Assembly: GCA_963555825.3 (NCBI GenBank)
Contig: CAUVXB020000002.1
Coordinates: forward strand, 3,200,001 to 3,264,000
Source of the DNA: Alphaproteobacteria bacterium
GTDB taxonomy: Bacteria; Pseudomonadota; Alphaproteobacteria; JAAXGF01
Direction of reading: 5' to 3'
DNA length: 64,000 nucleotides
The stretch's first letter is position 1. Each line of letters opens with the position of its first letter. Positions 12,237-23,062 of this stretch are shown one piece after another. Made by a program: the position numbers and the translations under genes. The notes under the pieces are model-generated. The model saw only the letters and a program-made list of their open reading frames with translations. It was not told the DNA's origin and ran no database searches.

Positions 12237-12842
12237 TTAAGTATGCGACCAGTCGTCGGGATTGTCGGCGTCGCTCGGCGACAAGCCGAGCACGTCGCCC
12301 TCGGTCGTCGAGCCGAGGCCGAGGATGGTGCGGTTGGCGTAGGCGAAATAGGCCGTGACCTGATTGATCTCGAGGATTTCGCCATCGTCGAAACCGGCGC
12401 CGCGCATGTCGTCGATCATCGCTTCGGTGACGGAAGTCGGCCGGCGCGTCAGCGCCTCGGCGTAGCGCAGCGCGCTCGCCTCGCGCGCGTCGAAGACGTC
12501 GCCGAGATCGTCGCCGTCGAGCGCGGCGCGTATGGCGGTGGCGCGCGCGTCGTCGCCGAGGATCCGGCGCATGCCCTCGAAATGATGCTCGACGCAATAA
12601 TCGCAGCCGTTGAGCCGGCTGACGTAGGTGCCGATCGCCTCGAGGAACCACTTGGGCACGGTGTTAGCGGAATGGTGGAGGACGTATTTGTACAGCGTCA
12701 TATGGCCTTCCATGGTGTGCGGCCTGAGGCTGTGCGACATCATGATGTTGTCGACGTTGTCGTCGGGGCCCTTGACGCGATCGTAGAGCTGCTTGAGCCG
12801 GCCGCTGGCCTCCTCGTAGGGGACGGTTTTTATCCAGCTCAT
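12237..12842 (-). CDS. AhpD/carboxymuconolactone decarboxylase-like peroxidase-related protein
   Basis: VSRLNGCDYCVEHH (CxxC), AYFAYANR. Confidence 0.85.
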   Translation of the reverse strand: MSWIKTVPYEEASGRLKQLYDRVKGPDDNVDNIMMSHSLRPHTMEGHMTLYKYVLHHSANTVPKWFLEAIGTYVSRLNGCDYCVEHHFEGMRRILGDDARATAIRAALDGDDLGDVFDAREASALRYAEALTRRPTSVTEAMIDDMRGAGFDDGEILEINQVTAYFAYANRTILGLGSTTEGDVLGLSPSDADNPDDWSHT

Positions 12843-12846
12843 GTCG

Positions 12847-14949
12847 TCATCCTTCCGTCGGGTTCGGCCGTGCGACGACCAGGGCATCGACCGCCATGCA
12901 GCCGCTCGCGCCGGCGATCAGCGGGTTGACGTCGACCTCGGCGAGCCGGTCGCCGAGCGTGGCGGCGAGCACCGAGAATCGCGCGACCGTCTCGGCCACG
13001 GCATCGACATCGGCCGGCGGCGCGCCGCGCACGCCATCGAGCAAGCGGCGTACGCGCAGGCCCTCGATCAGGCGGCGCGCCTCGTCGGCGTCGAACGGCG
13101 GCAGGGCGAAGCGGGCGTCATCCATCAGCTCGACCAACACACCGCCGGCGCCGACCATGACCAGCGGGCCGAACTGCGGATCGTGCGTGACGCCGAGCGC
13201 CAGCTCGACACCGCCGGTGGCCATCGGCGCGATCAGCACGCGGGGGCCAAGCCGCGCCGCGAGATCGTCGTAGGCGGCGCCGAGCGCCTCGGCGTCGTCG
13301 AGTCCCAGCTTGACGCCGCCGACATCGGACTTGTGCAGGACGCCTTGCATCGCTGATTTCTCAACGACCGGATAGCCGAATGCCTGCGCTGCGCCGAGCG
13401 CGCCGTCGCGGCTCTCGACGATCCGGTTGGCGAGCGCCGGCACGCCGAAATCGGCGAGCATCGCCAGTCCCTCGGCCTCGTCGAGCGGCGCGCTATCGTC
13501 GAGTCGGTCGCGCCATCGCATAATGACCGCCGGGTCGGGCGGCGCGGGCGGCTTAGCCGCGGGCCGCGCCTGCCGGTCGCGGCGGTCGAAGGCGTGACGC
13601 ACGGCGCCCAGCGCCGCGCCGGTGCCGTCGAGCACCGGGATGCCGTTCCGGACCATTTTGGCGGCCATTTGGTCGTGCGGCACCCAGGTGTTGTTGCTGA
13701 CCACCGCCACCGGCTTGGGCGATGCCGCGGCGGCCGACTGGATGGCGCGCGAATAGACGTCGTGCAGCCAGCTGCCGTTGCGCAAATCGGTGAAGAACAG
13801 GCCGATCGCCGTGTCGGGGTCGTCGACCAGCGCGCCGAAGCACTCGGCGAAGGTCGCCTCGAAATCGTCGAGCGTGCTCCAGGCGTCGCAAGGATTGACC
13901 GGCTCGAGGCCGTATTCGAGCCGCGCGGCGAGCCGACCGCGGGTCGTCTCGTTGATCGCGGCGAAGGGCACGCCGATGTCGTCGGCGAGATCGACGAGAT
14001 GCTCGCGCGTGCCGCCCGAATCGAGGATCGCCGCCAGCCCGCCGGGCCCGGGCCGCTTGGGCTGGGCGAACAGCGCGGCGGTCGCGAACAGCTCTTCCAT
14101 CGATTGGACGCGGTGCGCGCCATGGCGTTCGCAGACCGCCTGGAAGGCGGCGTCGCTGCCGGCGATGGCGCCCGAATGGGTCACCGCCATCGCCGCGCTC
14201 GCCTCGGTGCGCGCGACCTTGAGCACGACGACAGGAATGTTGCGCGAGGCGGCCTTGTCGAGCGCGGCGACGAAGCCCGCCGGATCGCGCACCGTCTCGA
14301 GGAACAGCATGACGACGCGAGTGCTCGGCAGCTCGAGCGCATAGTCGATATAGTCGGCCGCCGAGGTGGCGAATTCCTGACCGGCCGAGACCGCCAGGTT
14401 GAGGCCGAGCTGTTCGGTGCAGTTGAGGGTCGAGCCGAACACCGTGCCCGAATGCGAAATGAAGGCGACCGCGCCGGGCGTGCCGTCGTCGGGTCCGATG
14501 GCATAGCCCGAGACGCGGACCTTGCTCTCGAAGTTCAGGAAGCCCATGCAGTTGCCGCCGCAGATCTGGATGCCGGCCTCGCGCGCGCGGCGCCTGAGAC
14601 GATCCAACAGCGGTGGATGGCCATCATCCGCCATGTAGCAGTTGGCCAAGATGGTCGCCGCGCGGGCGCCGTGCTCGATGGCCAGCGCGAGCTGCGCCTC
14701 GATGCGCGGGCTTCCGACGCCGAGCACGGCGTGATCGATCGGCCCGGGAAGATCGGCGAGCGAGGGCAGGCAGGCGAGGCCCTCGATCTCGTCGTATTTC
14801 GGGTTGATCGGGTAGATATCGCCGTCGAAACCGCCGCGGCGCAGCTGGACGATCAACTGGTTGCCGACGCTGGTCGACGTCGGCGAGGCGCCGACGACGG
14901 CGATCGAGCGCGGCGCCAGCAAGGGCGCGAGGCGATGATTATTGACCAC
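12847..14949 (-). CDS. Acetate--CoA ligase (NDP-forming acyl-CoA synthetase) family protein
   Basis: PRSIAVVGAS, GGNCMG, THSGAIAG, HKSDVGGV, DPQFGP, DVNPL; start approximate. Confidence 0.88.
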   Translation of the reverse strand: MVNNHRLAPLLAPRSIAVVGASPTSTSVGNQLIVQLRRGGFDGDIYPINPKYDEIEGLACLPSLADLPGPIDHAVLGVGSPRIEAQLALAIEHGARAATILANCYMADDGHPPLLDRLRRRAREAGIQICGGNCMGFLNFESKVRVSGYAIGPDDGTPGAVAFISHSGTVFGSTLNCTEQLGLNLAVSAGQEFATSAADYIDYALELPSTRVVMLFLETVRDPAGFVAALDKAASRNIPVVVLKVARTEASAAMAVTHSGAIAGSDAAFQAVCERHGAHRVQSMEELFATAALFAQPKRPGPGGLAAILDSGGTREHLVDLADDIGVPFAAINETTRGRLAARLEYGLEPVNPCDAWSTLDDFEATFAECFGALVDDPDTAIGLFFTDLRNGSWLHDVYSRAIQSAAAASPKPVAVVSNNTWVPHDQMAAKMVRNGIPVLDGTGAALGAVRHAFDRRDRQARPAAKPPAPPDPAVIMRWRDRLDDSAPLDEAEGLAMLADFGVPALANRIVESRDGALGAAQAFGYPVVEKSAMQGVLHKSDVGGVKLGLDDAEALGAAYDDLAARLGPRVLIAPMATGGVELALGVTHDPQFGPLVMVGAGGVLVELMDDARFALPPFDADEARRLIEGLRVRRLLDGVRGAPPADVDAVAETVARFSVLAATLGDRLAEVDVNPLIAGASGCMAVDALVVARPNPTEG

Positions 14950-15139
14950 GGCGGACCGGTCTCCCCGACGGATGGCTGCCGCGAACGGCGGCGGATGATA
15001 CACGATGCCGCGACCGGCGGGCCAGCCGATCTTCGCCGGGTCAGCCATGCGCCTGCCGCAGGTCGGCCATCGCTTGCCGGAAACCGGGCTGGGCGGTAGG
15101 TTGGGGCCGACACCGGCCAACCAGATTCAGGGGACCACC

Positions 15140-16540
15140 GTGGAACGCAACTTTCCGTACGATACAGAAGACCTGTGGAACAAGGACCGCGAGCATGTCG
15201 TGCATCCGTGGCAGGCGCTCAAGGACCAGCACGAGGAAGGTTCGCTGATCCTCGCCGAATCGGACAACATCTACATCTATGATTCCGACGGCGAGAAGTT
15301 CATCGACGGCCCCGGCGGAATGTGGTGCGTCAACATCGGCTATGGCCGCGACGAGATGGCCGACGCGGTCGCCGACCAGATCCGCCGCATGCCGTACTAC
15401 TCGCCGTTCGGCGCGCTCGGCACGCCGCCCGCCGCCGAGCTCGGCGCCAAGATCGCCGAACTCGCGCCCGGCGACCTCGACAAGGTGTTCTTCACGACCG
15501 GTGGCTCGACGGCGGTCGACTCGGCGATCCGCTTCGTCCAGTTCTACTTCAACATGAAGGGCAAGCCCGAAAAGAAACACATCATAAGCCGCGAGGACGC
15601 CTACCACGGCTCGACCTATCTCGCGGCGTCGCTATGCGGCAAGCCGGCCGACAAGGGCCGCTTCGACTTCATCACCGACACCATCCACCATCTGCCGTCG
15701 CCCAACCCTTACCGCCGGGCCGACGGCCAGAGCATCGAGGACTTCTGCGAAGAGAAGGTCGCCGATCTGGAGAACAAGATCGTCGAGCTCGGGCCCGACA
15801 AGGTCGGCTGCTTCATCGCCGAGCCGATCCTCGCCTCGGGCGGCGTCGTCGTGCCGCCGCCGGGCTACCATGCGCGCACGCTCGAGGTCTGCCGCAAATA
15901 CGACGTGATCTATATTTCCGACGAGGTCGTCACCGGCTTCGGCCGCCTGGGTCACTTCTTCGCCTCGGAGGACGTCTTCGACATCGTCCCCGACATCATC
16001 ACCTGCGCCAAGGGTTTGACGTCGGGCTATCTGCCGCTCGGTGCGACGATCATCTCGCGGCGGCTCTACGACGACGTCGCCGGCGAGAATTCCGAGGGCG
16101 AGTACTTCTCGAACGGCTTCACCTATTCGGCCCATCCGGTGTCTTGCGCCGCGGCGCTCAAGAACATCGAGATCATCGAGCGCGAGGAGATCTGCGCTCA
16201 CGTCCGCGAGGTCGGGCCTTACATGCAGCAGCGCCTCGAGGAACTCTACGAACTGCCGCTGGTCGGCAATGTGCGCGGCAGCCACCTGATGGGCTGCATC
16301 GAATGCGTCGCCGACAAGGAGACCAAGGCCAAGTTCGGCGAAGGCGTCGACGTCGGCAAGCGGGTCGACCAGCACTGCCAGGCGCGTGGCCTGATCCTGC
16401 GGCCGCTGGGCGGCCTGTGCGTCTTCTCGCCGCCGCTGACGATCAACCGCGAGCAGATCGACCGCATGGTCGACATCATGGCCGAGAGCGTCGAAGCGAC
16501 GATGGCCGACCTGAGGTCCGAGGGCGTGTGGAACGGCTGA
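15140..16540 (+). CDS. Class III PLP aminotransferase (omega-amine/polyamine type)
   Basis: GGMWCVNIGYGR, YHGST, FIAEPI, DEVVTGFGRLG, CAKGLTSGY. Confidence 0.9.
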   Translation: MERNFPYDTEDLWNKDREHVVHPWQALKDQHEEGSLILAESDNIYIYDSDGEKFIDGPGGMWCVNIGYGRDEMADAVADQIRRMPYYSPFGALGTPPAAELGAKIAELAPGDLDKVFFTTGGSTAVDSAIRFVQFYFNMKGKPEKKHIISREDAYHGSTYLAASLCGKPADKGRFDFITDTIHHLPSPNPYRRADGQSIEDFCEEKVADLENKIVELGPDKVGCFIAEPILASGGVVVPPPGYHARTLEVCRKYDVIYISDEVVTGFGRLGHFFASEDVFDIVPDIITCAKGLTSGYLPLGATIISRRLYDDVAGENSEGEYFSNGFTYSAHPVSCAAALKNIEIIEREEICAHVREVGPYMQQRLEELYELPLVGNVRGSHLMGCIECVADKETKAKFGEGVDVGKRVDQHCQARGLILRPLGGLCVFSPPLTINREQIDRMVDIMAESVEATMADLRSEGVWNG

Positions 16541-16586
16541 GGCGCGGCCGGCTTTTCCAACAACGGCCACATTATTGGGCGACCGC

Positions 16587-17468
16587 ATGGACAAGCGAGC
16601 GCTCGGCGACCTCACGCTCGGCCGTATCGTCGAGAGCGATCGGCCCGAGTTCCCGCTCGAGGAACTGGTTCCGCAAGCGACGGCGGCGGCGATCGCGCCA
16701 CATCGCCACTGGCTCGAGGCGACGGGCGCGATCGACCCGGCGTCGGGCTATGCCATCCTGCCGGTGCAGAGCTACATCATCCGCACGCGTCACCACACCA
16801 TCTTGATCGACAGCTGCATCGGCGACCACAAGACCAACGAGTGGCATAAACCGTGGCACATGCGCACGGGCGGCAGCTATCTTGCCGACCTCGCGGCCGC
16901 CGGCGTCGCGCCCGAGGCGGTCGACTTCGTCATGTGCACGCATATGCATTCCGACCACATCGGCTGGAACACCCGGCTCGTCGACGGCCGTTGGGCGCCG
17001 AGCTTCGCCAACGCCAAATACGTCTTCGCGCGTACCGAGATCGACCACTGGAGGGCCGAACATGAGGCATGGGCGCGGGCGAGCTATGTCGAAAGCGTGC
17101 TGCCGGTGATCGCGGCGGGGCAGGCGGTCATGGTCGAGACCGATTACGCGATCGACGACCAGGTTTGGCTCGAACCGCTGCCGGGCCACACGCCGGGCCA
17201 CGTTGGCATCCACCTGGCGTCGAATGGCGCCGAGGCGGTGATGTGCGGCGACGCGATGCACAGCCCTGTCCAGTGCGCGCACCCGGAATGGAGCTCGTCG
17301 GCCTGCGTCGACCCGGTCGCGACGGCGGCGACCCGGCGCGCCTTCCTCGAGCGTTATTGCGAGACCAATGTGCTGGTGCTGACGGCGCATTTCCCGTCGC
17401 CCTCGATCGGCTTCATCGTGCCCGAGGCGGATGCCTTCCGCTTCGCCTATCAGGCGTGGGACGATTAG
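16587..17468 (+). CDS. MBL-fold metallo-hydrolase
   Basis: THMHSDHIGWN, PGHTPGH, GDAMH, AHF. Confidence 0.88.
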   Translation: MDKRALGDLTLGRIVESDRPEFPLEELVPQATAAAIAPHRHWLEATGAIDPASGYAILPVQSYIIRTRHHTILIDSCIGDHKTNEWHKPWHMRTGGSYLADLAAAGVAPEAVDFVMCTHMHSDHIGWNTRLVDGRWAPSFANAKYVFARTEIDHWRAEHEAWARASYVESVLPVIAAGQAVMVETDYAIDDQVWLEPLPGHTPGHVGIHLASNGAEAVMCGDAMHSPVQCAHPEWSSSACVDPVATAATRRAFLERYCETNVLVLTAHFPSPSIGFIVPEADAFRFAYQAWDD

Positions 17469-17551
17469 CGCGGACGTCCTGCGACATGGGTCGGGTGGAG
17501 CCGGGATGGGGCGCAACGGTTGGGGCGCAGTGATGGCGGTTTCGCAATTCA

Positions 17552-17579
17552 TTGACATTTCCACGGTATGAATTACTTT
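17552..17579 (+). promoter_or_regulatory. Putative sigma70 promoter of cspA, implying a long 5' UTR
   Basis: TTGACA-16 bp-TACTTT about 150 nt upstream of the cspA start. Confidence 0.45.
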
Positions 17580-17730
17580 TCCGGCATACGTGTTGCATTC
17601 GTTATGGTGCTACCTGAATGACCGGTACGCCGAATCGCTTAGTTACCCCCTGACAATGTGGACGTTAAACGAAGCGCGCCGTCACGTGGTGTGAGGCGCG
17701 AACTTAATATCCCTGTTAGAGGAAACGACT

Positions 17731-17940
17731 ATGCCTACAGGCACTGTGAAATGGTTCAACCCCGCCAAGGGTTATGGCTTCATCGAGCCGGAAGATGGCT
17801 CGAAGGACGCTTTTGTGCACATTTCGGCCGTCGAGCGCGCCGGTCTGACTTCGCTTAACGAAGGGCAGAAGGTCTCCTACGAGCTTCAGCCCGGACAGAA
17901 CGGCAAATCTTCCGCCGAGAACCTGTCCATCGTCGACTAA
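17731..17940 (+). CDS. cspA: Cold-shock protein
   Basis: [21 protein letters not shown]. Confidence 0.95.
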   Translation: MPTGTVKWFNPAKGYGFIEPEDGSKDAFVHISAVERAGLTSLNEGQKVSYELQPGQNGKSSAENLSIVD

Positions 17941-17951
17941 CGACACTAGGC

Positions 17952-17979
17952 GCCGCCTCCGACTCCGGTTGGGGGCGGC
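17952..17979 (+). terminator. GC stem-loop after cspA
   Basis: GCCGCCTCCGAC...GTTGGGGGCGGC hairpin; no clear U tract. Confidence 0.45.
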
Positions 17980-18215
17980 TGCCGAGCACCGTCGGCGACA
18001 CGAATTGCAACGATCGCCCGGCGGACCGAAGGAATTGGGTCGTCCGACCCGTAGTTATTCCTTCGACGATACTATATTCGAAGATTGATTGAATACGGCG
18101 CGACGCGACCGGCCGTATCCGATTTCGCGCACCAGCCCGCGGGGGGCCCCTACTGCGCTGCGGGATGAACGTAGCCGCCCGTGACGGCGTCGAACCGAAG
18201 CAGAGGATTGTCTCA

Positions 18216-18461
18216 ATGCGGAGATCAGCAAAATCGAGGGCCGAAGAGCAATTCGCGGCAACCCAGAAGAAGGCAAAGCAGGCCCTGAAGGAAAAAGAAA
18301 AAGCGCGGCAAGAGGTCGCCGAACACGTGGCGATGCTGCGGGGCCTGCGACTGGCCAAAGAAGCGGCCGACAAGGAAGCCGCCGAGGCAGCCGCCACCGC
18401 GAAATCGGTTGCCAAGACCAAGAAGCCGGCGAAACGAATGCCCCAGGTTCACCGCTACTAA
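18216..18461 (+). CDS. Small basic coiled-coil hypothetical protein
   Basis: RAEEQFAA...LRGLRLAKEAADKEAA; GAGGA RBS upstream. Confidence 0.65.
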   Translation: MRRSAKSRAEEQFAATQKKAKQALKEKEKARQEVAEHVAMLRGLRLAKEAADKEAAEAAATAKSVAKTKKPAKRMPQVHRY

Positions 18462-18675
18462 TCGTGGCGGCCACGAGGGCCACGGCGAAACCCGACATCG
18501 ACGAACCGAAATCCGCGTCAACGAACCGAAATCCGCGTCCGCCTCACAGCCGTGCGAAACCTGACAAGCCGATCGGTATCCGCCACGGACCGTTAGGCGA
18601 CGTCGAGCGAACGCGTCTCCGATATCGACGTCGGAGCGGTCGACAGACGTGGCACCAGGTAATTCCGAAGTTCAG

Positions 18676-19800
18676 CTAGTGTCCCGATTCCGAAGTTCGC
18701 ATGATTTTCGCCTGCTGTTCAGCGATTTCGATTGTTCGGAGGCAGAAGCGCTGGATGGCGCCGAGGATGTCATCGGCGGATTTGGTCCATTTGAAGGGTT
18801 TGGGGTTCTGGTTTGTCGTGTCGATGTAGTCGAGGATGGTGCGCTCCAACTCCTTGGTGGAGCGATGGACGCCGCGCCTGATCTGCTTGTCGGTCAGCAG
18901 CCCGAACCAGCGCTCGACCTGGTTCAGCCAGGAGGCGCTGGTGGGTGTGAAATGGGCCTGCCAGCGCGGCCGTTTGGCGAACCAGTCGCGGATCGCCTTG
19001 GTCTTGTGGGTCCCGTAGTTGTCCATGACGATGTGGATGTCGAGATCAGCAGGGACGTTCGCCTCGACGAGGTCGAGGAATTTGCGGAACTCTCGGGCCC
19101 GATGGCGCGGGAAACATTTGCCGATGATCTCTCCCGTGGCGATGTCGAGGGCCGCGAAGAGAGAGGTCGTGCCGTGGCGCTTGTAGTCGTGGCTGCGCCG
19201 CTCCGCCTGCCCGGGGCGCATCGGCAAGAGGGGCTGGGAACGGTCCAGGGCCTGGATCTGGCTCTTTTCGTCGACACAGAGAACCAGGGCACGATCCGGC
19301 GGCGCCAAATACAGACCGACGATGTCGCGGACCTTCTCCACGAAGAAGGGATCGCTCGACAGCTTGAAGGTCTCCGAGCGATGCGGCTGCAAGCCGAAGG
19401 CCCGCCAGATGCGATGAATGGTCGAGGGCGCGTGGCCGCTCGCCCGCGCCATCGAGCGAAGGCTCCAATGGGTCGCGTCCGGCGGCGTCTCTTCCAGCGT
19501 CAGCCGGACCGCTTCCGCGATGGCGTCATCGCCGATTTGACGCGGCGCGCCGGGGCGGGGTTCGTCGTACAGACCGTCGAGGCCCTCCGCCGCATAGCGG
19601 CGACGCCACTTGCCCACGGTGTCCGCGCTCGCCTCGAGACGAACGGCGATCTCCTTGTTCTCCAACCCTTCCGCCGCCGCCAAGACGATCCGAGCCCGCC
19701 GCGCAAGCCCCTGCGACGTCTTGCGACGACGAGACAGCGCCTCCAATTCGGCGCGCTCGTCATCGCTCAAAGAGATCGTCACCGCCACTCTCGCCATCAA
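18676..19800 (-). CDS. IS630 transposase
   Basis: [33 protein letters not shown]. Confidence 0.95.
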   Translation of the reverse strand: MMARVAVTISLSDDERAELEALSRRRKTSQGLARRARIVLAAAEGLENKEIAVRLEASADTVGKWRRRYAAEGLDGLYDEPRPGAPRQIGDDAIAEAVRLTLEETPPDATHWSLRSMARASGHAPSTIHRIWRAFGLQPHRSETFKLSSDPFFVEKVRDIVGLYLAPPDRALVLCVDEKSQIQALDRSQPLLPMRPGQAERRSHDYKRHGTTSLFAALDIATGEIIGKCFPRHRAREFRKFLDLVEANVPADLDIHIVMDNYGTHKTKAIRDWFAKRPRWQAHFTPTSASWLNQVERWFGLLTDKQIRRGVHRSTKELERTILDYIDTTNQNPKPFKWTKSADDILGAIQRFCLRTIEIAEQQAKIMRTSESGH

Positions 19801-19859
19801 TCGCGCCTCCTAAAAACAAATAGAGACATAATCATATCAATTTATCGATCAGGACACTA
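18677..19859 (-). mobile_element. IS630-family insertion sequence
   Basis: Ends TAGTGTCCCGAT / ATCAGGACACTA; TA duplication within CTAG; transposase inside. Confidence 0.92.
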
Positions 19860-19902
19860 GCCTGAGTCTGCTTCCGCACCGTCAGGAGCGGTCATTCAAA
19901 CC

Positions 19903-21120
19903 CTATTGCGCCGCAGTCGTGGTAGAGCCAGTCGTGGTTTGGCCCGTAGCATTGTTGATAATGAACACACTGTTGGCCGCGCTACTGCTACTGGCTAGCA
20001 AGACGTTGAAATCAAGATCACAATCAGGATCAGCACCGAGGAATTGAAATGCCGGGACGGCTGATGGGTCGAAATCTTGGTTGAAATTGAAATTAGGACT
20101 GGTTGCGGGCGAGCCGCCGCCAAGAGTGGGTGTATTCTGGACCTGAAAGGCGCCTGATATGTTTGGGTTTATTGGGTCGAAGGTGACGTTAAAATTGAAG
20201 TTGTAGGTGCCGCCGTCAGTCAACGGGACACCAGAGTCCGAAAACGAGGCGTTCCCAATAGAGGGCAACGGAGGTGGCACCTGCCCGCAGAAGGAACACA
20301 CGATTTCGGAGGGATTGATCGGATCTTCGAGATCGTCCAGCTGCTCATTGGCGTCTCCCGTCGAGCCGGACGTCTCCTTGGCCGCGGCAATGTCCTGTTT
20401 AGCGGTGCGCACCGCCGTTTGGACCGAGGGCGCCAGCTCAGGCGGCAGCGTCGGCAGCGGCGCCACCAACGCCTCCAGGATCGACGCCACTTGCTCGTCG
20501 CTAACCTCGAACGCGGGCATCGGTGGTTGGCCGGCCGCGATGATCGTGCCGAAGCCCGGCCGCGTGAGCGACACCGTCTTGCCCTGGGCGGTGACGTCGA
20601 GGGCGCCTGAAGGTTCGTCCGCGTTGTTTTTCGACCCGGGGCCCAACAGGACGATCAACGAGCCCGCCGCGTCGTTGCGCACCGCGCCGATCGTGCCGCG
20701 CACGCCGATCACGCCGAACGGCACCTTCAACGTCATGGCCTTGTCCGAGCCTTGCGAGGTCTTGCCGGTGACGAAGCGGAACACCCCCGTGGCGAGCGAT
20801 GCCGTGACCTCGCCGATGCCGGTCGCCGGGTCGTAGACGAACTCGTCGACCGTGAGGTCGGCGTTTGGCCCGAGCGTGATGCTGGTCTCGTCGAGCAGCA
20901 TGAGCTGCATGCCCGATTGCTCGTGGCTCTTCAACCCGTCGCCCAGGAAGACGTCCTCGCCGCTGCCGATCGGCCGCACCACCTGTTCGACGACCGGGGT
21001 CACGTCGACTTTGCCGCGCACCGCCGCGGAGACGCCCGCCTGGACCGCGGCCTCCGCCGCGTCGGCGAACAGCAACGCCGCGAGCGCCACGGATGCGGTG
21101 CTCAAATTAATGGCTTTCAT
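19903..21120 (-). CDS. Secreted FecR-domain protein
   Basis: Signal peptide ending AEAA; FecR-like MLLDETSITLGPNADLTVDEFVYDP...GVFRFVTG...IGVRGT. Confidence 0.8.
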   Translation of the reverse strand: MKAINLSTASVALAALLFADAAEAAVQAGVSAAVRGKVDVTPVVEQVVRPIGSGEDVFLGDGLKSHEQSGMQLMLLDETSITLGPNADLTVDEFVYDPATGIGEVTASLATGVFRFVTGKTSQGSDKAMTLKVPFGVIGVRGTIGAVRNDAAGSLIVLLGPGSKNNADEPSGALDVTAQGKTVSLTRPGFGTIIAAGQPPMPAFEVSDEQVASILEALVAPLPTLPPELAPSVQTAVRTAKQDIAAAKETSGSTGDANEQLDDLEDPINPSEIVCSFCGQVPPPLPSIGNASFSDSGVPLTDGGTYNFNFNVTFDPINPNISGAFQVQNTPTLGGGSPATSPNFNFNQDFDPSAVPAFQFLGADPDCDLDFNVLLASSSSAANSVFIINNATGQTTTGSTTTAAQ

Positions 21121-21177
21121 GTTCCGTCGTCTCCCATTCGTCGTTGCCATGCGTTCGCCACGGTGTCGGCCAAATGC

Positions 21178-22671
21178 TCAGAACCGCCACGTCTTGGTGA
21201 ACAACGCCTGGACACCCAAGTTTTTGTAGTCGAAGTTCAGGATGTTGGAACTGGATTTCAGATACTCGATCGACCCGCTCAAGGTTACGTCCTCGAGCTC
21301 GCGCCAAATCTTGCCGGGACCGAACAGGAAGCCCTACGGCGCGCCGTAGGTCGCGCGCACGCGGTAAATATCGTCGTGACGCGTAAGCCCGCTGACGAAC
21401 GTGAACGCCTCGTCGTAACGGTCGCGCTGGTAGGTGACGTTGGTCAACAGAAACTGGCCGCCGCCCAATAGCCAAGTATGCGATAGCCGGACCTGATCGC
21501 GGTCGTAGCCGAGAAAGTCGAGATCGGCGTTCTTGTCGAAGCGGAGATAGTCGCCGGTAATGCGCATCGTCGGCGACATCACATAGCTCGCGCCGACCCT
21601 GCCCTCGATTTGACGGCCATCGCGTGCCGTCGCCCCGGGGTTTTCGGAAATTCCCGTGAAGTCCTGATCCGAGATACGCGCGCTGGCGAACACGGTCAGC
21701 CGGGGCCCGAAGCTCCGCTCGAACCTCAGGTCGAGGCCGTAGTCCTGGTAGAAGTTCGCGTGCGACAGCCGCTGATGCGTGAAGAACACGGTGGGAATGA
21801 TGCTCACGCCCCATGGCCCGCTGCGATAGACGCCGCCGGCCTCGACAGTGAAGCTCTCCAGGTCGAAGGTGTCCTGCTCGACCTGTTCGTCATGGTAGTA
21901 GGTCAGGACGCCGAACAGCTCGTGGCGCTCCTGATACCCGAGATCGTGGTCGACGCGGATGCTGCCGATGCCGAGCAAGGCGAAGTCGTCCTCTTCGACC
22001 TTGTCGACGAGAAGGAACTCATTGCCGCCGATCAGCACCGAACGGGAATCCGGCGTGGCGTCGACGTTGCGGTCGTATTGCCCGCCCAGGCTAAGCGACG
22101 CGGTGTAGCGCGTCCTCTGCCGGAGGTAGCGGATGCGCGCGAGATAGCCCTCCACGTCGGCGCGCACGTCGGCCGGGATGTCGAGCGCGGCGACGGCCGC
22201 GAACTCGCGCTGGGACTCGTTCAGGTTCTCGAGGCGGAACAGCACGATGGCGTAGAACAGCCGAATTTGCACGAGGCCCGGGTCGACCAAGAGGATGCGC
22301 TCCAGCGTGGTGACCGCGCCATGAAGGTTGCCCGCCCGCACCTGGGTCCGCGCATATCGGAAACCCAGTTCGACGTTGTCGGGATCCTTGAGCACCTCGG
22401 CGTAGGTCACCGGCTCGAACGCGCCGGTGTCCTGGAGGTCGCGCGCCAGCTCGGCGGCGCGCCGCGCCTGCTCGGCGGCGGTCGTCTCGCGCTCGGGCTG
22501 ATCGGTGATTTCGGTCTGCGCCAAAGCCGCGGTCGCGGCAATCACGAACGCCGCGGCCAGCGCCGTCAAGGCCAAGAGTGTTTGGTGGCAAGGGCGCGCC
22601 CATTGGCCGGCCCTACGAACGCGGGCGACACCCCGCCGAACGAAAAGATCGTCAATCCTGTTGGTGTCCAC
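21178..22671 (-). pseudogene. TPR + outer-membrane beta-barrel (DUF560/Slam-like) gene with in-frame TAG at 21334-21336
   Basis: TPRs followed by beta strands; the frame stays open for 51 codons past the TAG and ends ...LFTKTWRF-TGA. Confidence 0.75.
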
Positions 22672-23062
22672 GATTCCCCCAACCGTAAACGTAACATACA
22701 CACTGAACCGCGACCGCCGTGGCAACCCCGCAAACGGTCAGCGGAACAGGCACAACCTTACACCACATCATATTGATGGGCAATTCGCAGTTGCGGCCAG
22801 GGTTGGTCATCGTCGCGCGCCGCCTCGCCGCCACATGAGAACCGCCGTCCGAGACGACGGACGCAAGCTCCGCTTAATATTTGACCGGGATCAGGCGAGA
22901 CTACCGTCACCGATCCGGGCGAACCGATCCACCCATTTGGTCCGCGAAAACGTCGGCCGCGAGATCGCCGCATCTCGCTTGGCGGCGCGATTGGTGCCCG
23001 ATCGCGCTCAAATCGCATAACATCAACGTCGCCAATGGCCCGTCGTCGATTGGGGGGAGCCC

